Assembly: GCA_038087875.1 (NCBI GenBank)
Contig: CM075989.1
Span: forward strand, 21,950,001 to 22,014,000
Length of the DNA stretch: 64,000 nt
Reading direction: 5' to 3'
DNA from: Malacoraja senta
Lineage: Eukaryota
Shown here: positions 59,059-64,000 of the stretch, one piece after another
Layout: every line of letters begins with the position of its first letter
Numbering within the stretch: the first letter of the stretch is position 1
The notes under the pieces: model-generated
Seen by the model: only the letters and a program-made list of their open reading frames with translations
What the model was told of the DNA's origin: nothing
Databases searched by the model: none
Translations under genes and position numbers: made by a program

Positions 59059-60029
59059 TCTACCCTTTACAGACATTGGACTTTGTCTATGGAACTGTTA
59101 CACTGCAATACTGAGAACTATATCTGCACTCAGCATGTTCCCCATTGCCCTATCCATTGTACTTGAGTTTGGCCTGATCGTATTTACGTATAGTAGGATC
59201 GGATTTGATTTTTTGGCGTGCAAAACAAAGCTTTTCACCCTACCTCGATACACACAACAGTAATAAACTAAAACTTAAACCCGTGGAGAAATAAAGAAGA
59301 AAGGGTGGGGACTTGAAGCAACTGGTTGCAATGTGCTCTAATCCAATATTCCTCAGCCTTTGATTGAAGAAGTTTGATACGTTTTAAACAGATGAAAGTC
59401 TGGAACGTAGGCATGCTTTATGGTTCTCTTGTGAATTTTCAAATGTCTTATGACCGTATTACATTACAAATCTTATTTCCAATACTAAATTCCCACTGCT
59501 TATTAACTATCCAACATGATAGCCAAAAGCATGTTCAGAAAATTCTTGAGCAATTTAACTGAATCTCCCTTTTATTATTGATGCCTTAGCTGGCCACTAA
59601 TTTCCAATTAGATCTTCCCATTTCTCTCTGGTTATTTTTGACGTTTTATGGACCTTCTTTTTTTCTGCCATTTCATGATCGTTTTATCCGTGACCTACGT
59701 GAATGCGAATTGTTCCTGAGATGTGGATGGAATCGGAGCCTCGGGTGAGCGTTGTGTGATGTTGGCTTTGTGTGAAGTTTCATTAGGAACTTTGAAGTGT
59801 GGTAGATAATGTGCTTTGCCAGAATCTTCTGCTGAATTGCAAAACTGACCTGCAGGCTTTCTAATGTTTTGAATATCTCACCTTTCCCCTGGGTGTGCCC
59901 GAATTACTGAAGCACCTTTTATGTCTTACTTTAGTTCATAATTGCACAGGAGAAAATGAGTAGGAGTAGAACATTCCGCCCCTCAAGCCTATCCCCGCCA
60001 TTCAATGTAATCATGCTTGTTCTGCAAGA

Positions 60030-60490
60030 ATAATCCCAGGAATGATTGGGTTAACATATGATGAACGTATGATGACGGCATTGGGCCTGTACTTGCTGGA
60101 GTTTAGAAGGATGAGGGGACACCTCATTGAAAGTTACCGAATAGTGAAAGGCCTGGATAGAGTAGATGGGGAGAGAATGTTTCTACTAGTGGGAGTCTAG
60201 GACCAGAGGTCATTCATACTCTTAGAATAAAAAGATGTCCCTTTAGGAAGGAGATGAGGAGGAATTTCTTTTGTCAGAGGGTGGTGAATCTGTGGAATTC
60301 ATTTACACAGAAGGCAGTGGAGGCCAAGTCAATGGATAATTTTAAGGCAGGGATAGATAGATTCTTGATTAGTACGGGTGTTAGGGGTTATGGGGAGAAG
60401 GCAGGAGAATTGGGTTAAGGGGGAGAGATAGATCAGCCATGATTGAATGGCGGAGTGTATTCAATGGGCCGAATGGCCTAATTCTGCGCT
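60030..60490 (+). mobile_element. CR1 3' fragment
   Basis: LGLYLLEFRRMRGHLIESYRIVKGLDRVD...QRVVNLWNS and tail. Confidence 0.9.
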
Positions 60491-60651
60491 AGTCCTATTT
60501 GCCCACCTTTGGCCCACATCCCTCTATAAGCCTAGCCTGCCCAACCTCTCCCTATCACTCAGGCCCTTCATTTCTGGCAACATCCTTGTAAATCTTCTCT
60601 GCACTCTTTTGAGTATCATATGTCAATTTTCTGTAACTCGAGTCAGCCAAG

Positions 60652-60736
<85 letters not shown>

Positions 60737-60737
60737 T

Positions 60738-60767
<30 letters not shown>
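60652..60767. repeat. (GATA)n microsatellite
   Basis: About 29 units with one interruption. Confidence 0.98.
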
Positions 60768-60768
<1 letters not shown>

Positions 60769-60828
60769 CATTATCAATAAATCACCCACCCCCACCCCCC
60801 CCCACACCCCGGGTCCCCTTTTATTTCT

Positions 60829-61144
60829 CGGCACGGTGGCGCAGCGGTAGAGTTGCCTTACAACGCCAGAGACCAGGATTTCACTCCTGACTACGGGTGC
60901 TATCTGTACATAGTTTGTACGTTCTCCCCGTGACCACATGAGTTTTATCCGAAATCTTCGATTCTCTCCCACAGTCCAAAGACGTGCAGGTTTGTAAGTT
61001 AATTGGCTTGGTGTATGTGTAAAAAATTGCCCCTAGTGTGTGTATGATGGTGTTAATGTGCGGGGATCTCTGGTCGACGTGGACCCGGTGGGCCGAAGGA
61101 CTTGTTTTCGCGCTGTATCTCTAAACTAAACTAAACTAAACTAA
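60829..61144 (+). mobile_element. HE1-like V-SINE
   Basis: Head, V-domain, tail. Confidence 0.9.
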
Positions 61145-61521
61145 TAGATGAGGAAATGTGCCTAATAGTCGTTACCAGGTTGAGTGAAGACCAAAGAAAG
61201 GATAGTTGGTGGAAACAGTTATTCTACATAGAAATAGTTGCTAATTGCAAAGAGAATCTGGAGACACCCACGGCAATTGGTGATTCTGTCCATGGTAAAA
61301 ATGTGATTGATTATTATAAGTCTGTCAAACATCATGTGTCGTCTCATCTCGACATTTAACCTTTCATGTTGTCACAGATGTATATTTGTATTCCTAGATA
61401 GTACTAAATTGATTTTGAACTTGTATAGTTTCTTCCATTTACATGGCAGGCTAATGGTTCATTCAAATTGTCAGTTGTGTACGACGAGAATTTAATCTGC
61501 AATAATTCTGTCCACTCTCTA

Positions 61522-62666
61522 CCAAGGTCAAGGTTAAGTTCAATGTTATTTGCACAACCACAACACAATGAAAACTTTTCCTACAGCAGCATCACGGGTA
61601 CATGGACTCAGACAACACACAAAACATCAATAACGTATAAATTCTGCAGGTTAGTGAAGAGAAAAAACTGTGAAAAAAACCTCCATTAGTTTTAGGTCGG
61701 GCACGGTGGCGCAGCGGTAGAGTTGCTGCCTTACAGCGCTTGCAGCGCCGGAGACCCGGGTTCGATCCTGACCACGGGTGCTGTCTGTACGGAGTTTGTA
61801 CGTTCTCCCCGTGACTGAGTGGCTTTTCTCCGAAATGTTTGGTTTCCTCCCAAACTCCCAAGACTTACAGGTTTGTAGGTTAATTGGCTTGGTGTCACGT
61901 GTAAATTGTCCCTAGTGTATGTAGGTTAGTGTTAGCGTGTGGGGATCGCTGGTCGGTGCATGCTCGGTGGGCTGAAGGGCGTCTTTCCACGCTATATCTC
62001 TAAATTATACTAAACTAAACTAAGCTAAGCTAGTGCAAAACACAATTCAAAATCAAGTCCATTGGCCTGCAAGCGGTAAATATTCGTTGTTACATTGCTT
62101 TGGTAGGATTAGGGTTAGGGTTAGGGTTTGGTTAGGGTTGTACTGATCAGGTCAAAAACCCGATGTCAGAAAATAGCTGTTCCTGAAGCTGGTGGTGCGG
62201 GACTTTGGATTTCTTTATTTTACAACTGAATGATGGGTCGATACTGTATCGTCACATGTACTCCTGTACAGTGACATTCTTAGATTAGCATACAATACAT
62301 GTATGCAAAGTGTTAACACGTATAACAAAGTCACAAAAGTATGCAATGTAGTCCCAATGGCCCCCCTCCTTCTTGCCCCCCCATCCCCACTCCCCAAGTC
62401 CCACTTTTTTCTGGGTAGCCCCGCAACATCGGGTCCCTCTTTGATCTCTGCACGCCCCCAGCCCCCCCCCCCCCCCACCCACCACCGGGTCCCTCTTTCT
62501 CTCTTTCGGCCTTGCCTGGATGGGTGGGATCCTTGAAGATAGATGCTACCTTCTGTAGATGCTTTCGATCAATGGTGGGGAGGGAGGTGTCCATAATGGA
62601 CTGGGCTATGACCACCAGTCTTTGCAGCCCCTTGCATCTCTGGACATTGGAATTGCCAGAATACAA
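61522..62666 (-). mobile_element. Rex1 LINE 3' fragment with nested SINE and GC-rich insertion
   Basis: YSGNSNVQRCKGLQRLVVIAQSIMDTSLPTID...KVASIFKDPTHPG at 62500-62666. 3' UTR pieces at about 62030-62215 and 61522-61695. Confidence 0.75.
61697..62030 (+). mobile_element. HE1-like V-SINE (head-duplication subfamily)
   Basis: TTACAGCGCTTGCAGCGCC head, V-domain, tail. Confidence 0.92.
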
Positions 62667-62674
62667 TCGTGCGA

Positions 62675-62875
62675 GTAGAAGGCTGTGGAGGCCAAGTCAA
62701 TGGATATTTTTAAAGCAGAGATAGATTCTTGATCAGTACGGGTGTCAGGTATTATGGGGAGAAGACAGGAGAATGTGGTTAGGAAGGAGAGATAGATCAG
62801 CCATGGTTGAATGGCGAAGTAGACTTGATGGGCCGAATGACCTAATTCTGCTCCTATTACTCATGACCTTATGAC
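62675..62875 (+). mobile_element. CR1 3' fragment
   Basis: KAVEAKSMDIF-coding motif and tail. Confidence 0.85.
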
Positions 62876-63296
62876 AACTAGTCAGGATATAATGTACAAA
62901 TAGCATCTGCAGAAGTTTGTTTGTCTATGGTCCCATTAGTCAGCAGGATGATAGAAACAAGATTCAATTTTTTGTAAATCTACTATTTTCATTGACTACA
63001 CAACAGAAAAACCATGATATAGCGATATTAATGATATGAATTAATATCTATTAAGTCATTGTGCACAAATATTGGAAAATATTTTGGGCAACTTCAAATT
63101 TCTGAATCAATCATTGACTGAGTAAATAATGTCAGTGCTGCATTAACCAATTGTAATGTTCAAAGGAGGCCTGAATATAGTTATTATCTGAAAACAATAG
63201 TTTCCATTACAGTTGTTGAGCTAATCACTTCCTTTTGATTGACAATAACTTTCTGCTTCATTTTCATCCAAAGATTTAAACTAAATGGAATACATT

Positions 63297-63610
63297 TTTA
63301 GTTTAGTTTAGTTTAGTTTAGAGATACAGAGCGGAAGCAGGCCCTTCAGCCCACCAAGTCCTTGCCAACCAGTGATCTCCCCTCCCCGTACACTTAACAT
63401 TATCCTACACACACTAGGGATAATTTTACCAAAGCCAAAAAACCTACCAACCTGTAAGTCTTTGTGTGTGGGAGGACCCGGAGAAAACCCATGCGGTCAC
63501 AGGGAGAACGTGCAAACTCCGTACAGACAGCACCCGGCACCCGTGGTCGGGATCGAACCCAGGGCACTGGCGCTGTAAGGCAGCAACTCTACCGCTCCAC
63601 CATTGTGCCG
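63297..63610 (-). mobile_element. HE1-like V-SINE
   Basis: Reverse complement of head and tail, (TTTAG)n. Confidence 0.88.
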
Positions 63611-63631
63611 CTGTTCACTGTTGCAGGACAA

Positions 63632-63887
63632 CATCAGAGACCCCGGGTTCGATCCTGATCTTGGGTGCTGTGCGTGTGGAGTTTTTCACGTGTTCCCTGT
63701 AACCACGAGGCTCCCCAGTTTCCTCCCACATCCCATAGACGTGCAGGTTTGCGGGGTAATTGTCCCTGAAAATTGTCCCAAGGGTGTTGGGAGTGGATGC
63801 GAAAATGGGACAACATAAAACTAGTGCGAGTGGGTGATCGATGGTCGGCATGGACTCGGTGGGCCGAAGGCCTGTTTCCATGCTGTA
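63632..63887 (+). mobile_element. V-SINE, divergent subfamily
   Basis: B box, V-domain, GGAGTGGATGCGAAA body, tail. Confidence 0.85.
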
Positions 63888-64000
63888 AGCAAAATTAGGT
63901 TGGAGCTCTTTTTAATACAGCCAGAGCTAATCATCGCATTGTTGGAATCACAAACAATTTAAATTTAGACGTCAGCATTTCATTCTTGCAATAAAGTTTC

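Noticed and set aside
60643..60972. ORF with (SIYL)n repeat
   Set aside because: Translation of the (GATA)n microsatellite plus a SINE

Overview
Repeat-dense, apparently non-coding eukaryotic DNA. The repeat content points to a cartilaginous fish, probably a skate or ray (inference). I recognise no host protein-coding exon, so the window is intergenic or lies in a large intron. It holds about 34 copies or fragments of a tRNA-derived V-SINE (HE1-like), many 3' fragments of CR1, Rex1/Babar, L2 and L1 LINEs, two PIF/Harbinger-type MITEs, a hAT-like end and a 200-N gap. It also holds a Penelope-like element (PLE) 3' fragment encoding a GIY-YIG endonuclease. The most interesting signal is more than 20 short PLE-terminus insertions carrying a minimal type I hammerhead-ribozyme motif (CUGAAGA-A-stem II-GAAACGUY). 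These occur as TSD-flanked monomers whose 5' ends cluster at the ribozyme core, as fold-back palindromes and as a 66-nt tandem array. Two are independent circularly permuted insertions, one joined within about 1 nt of the predicted self-cleavage site, which suggests ribozyme-processed and possibly circular (retrozyme-like) RNA templates. All family names come from my recognition of motifs, not database searches. Repeat boundaries are approximate unless a TSD is quoted.
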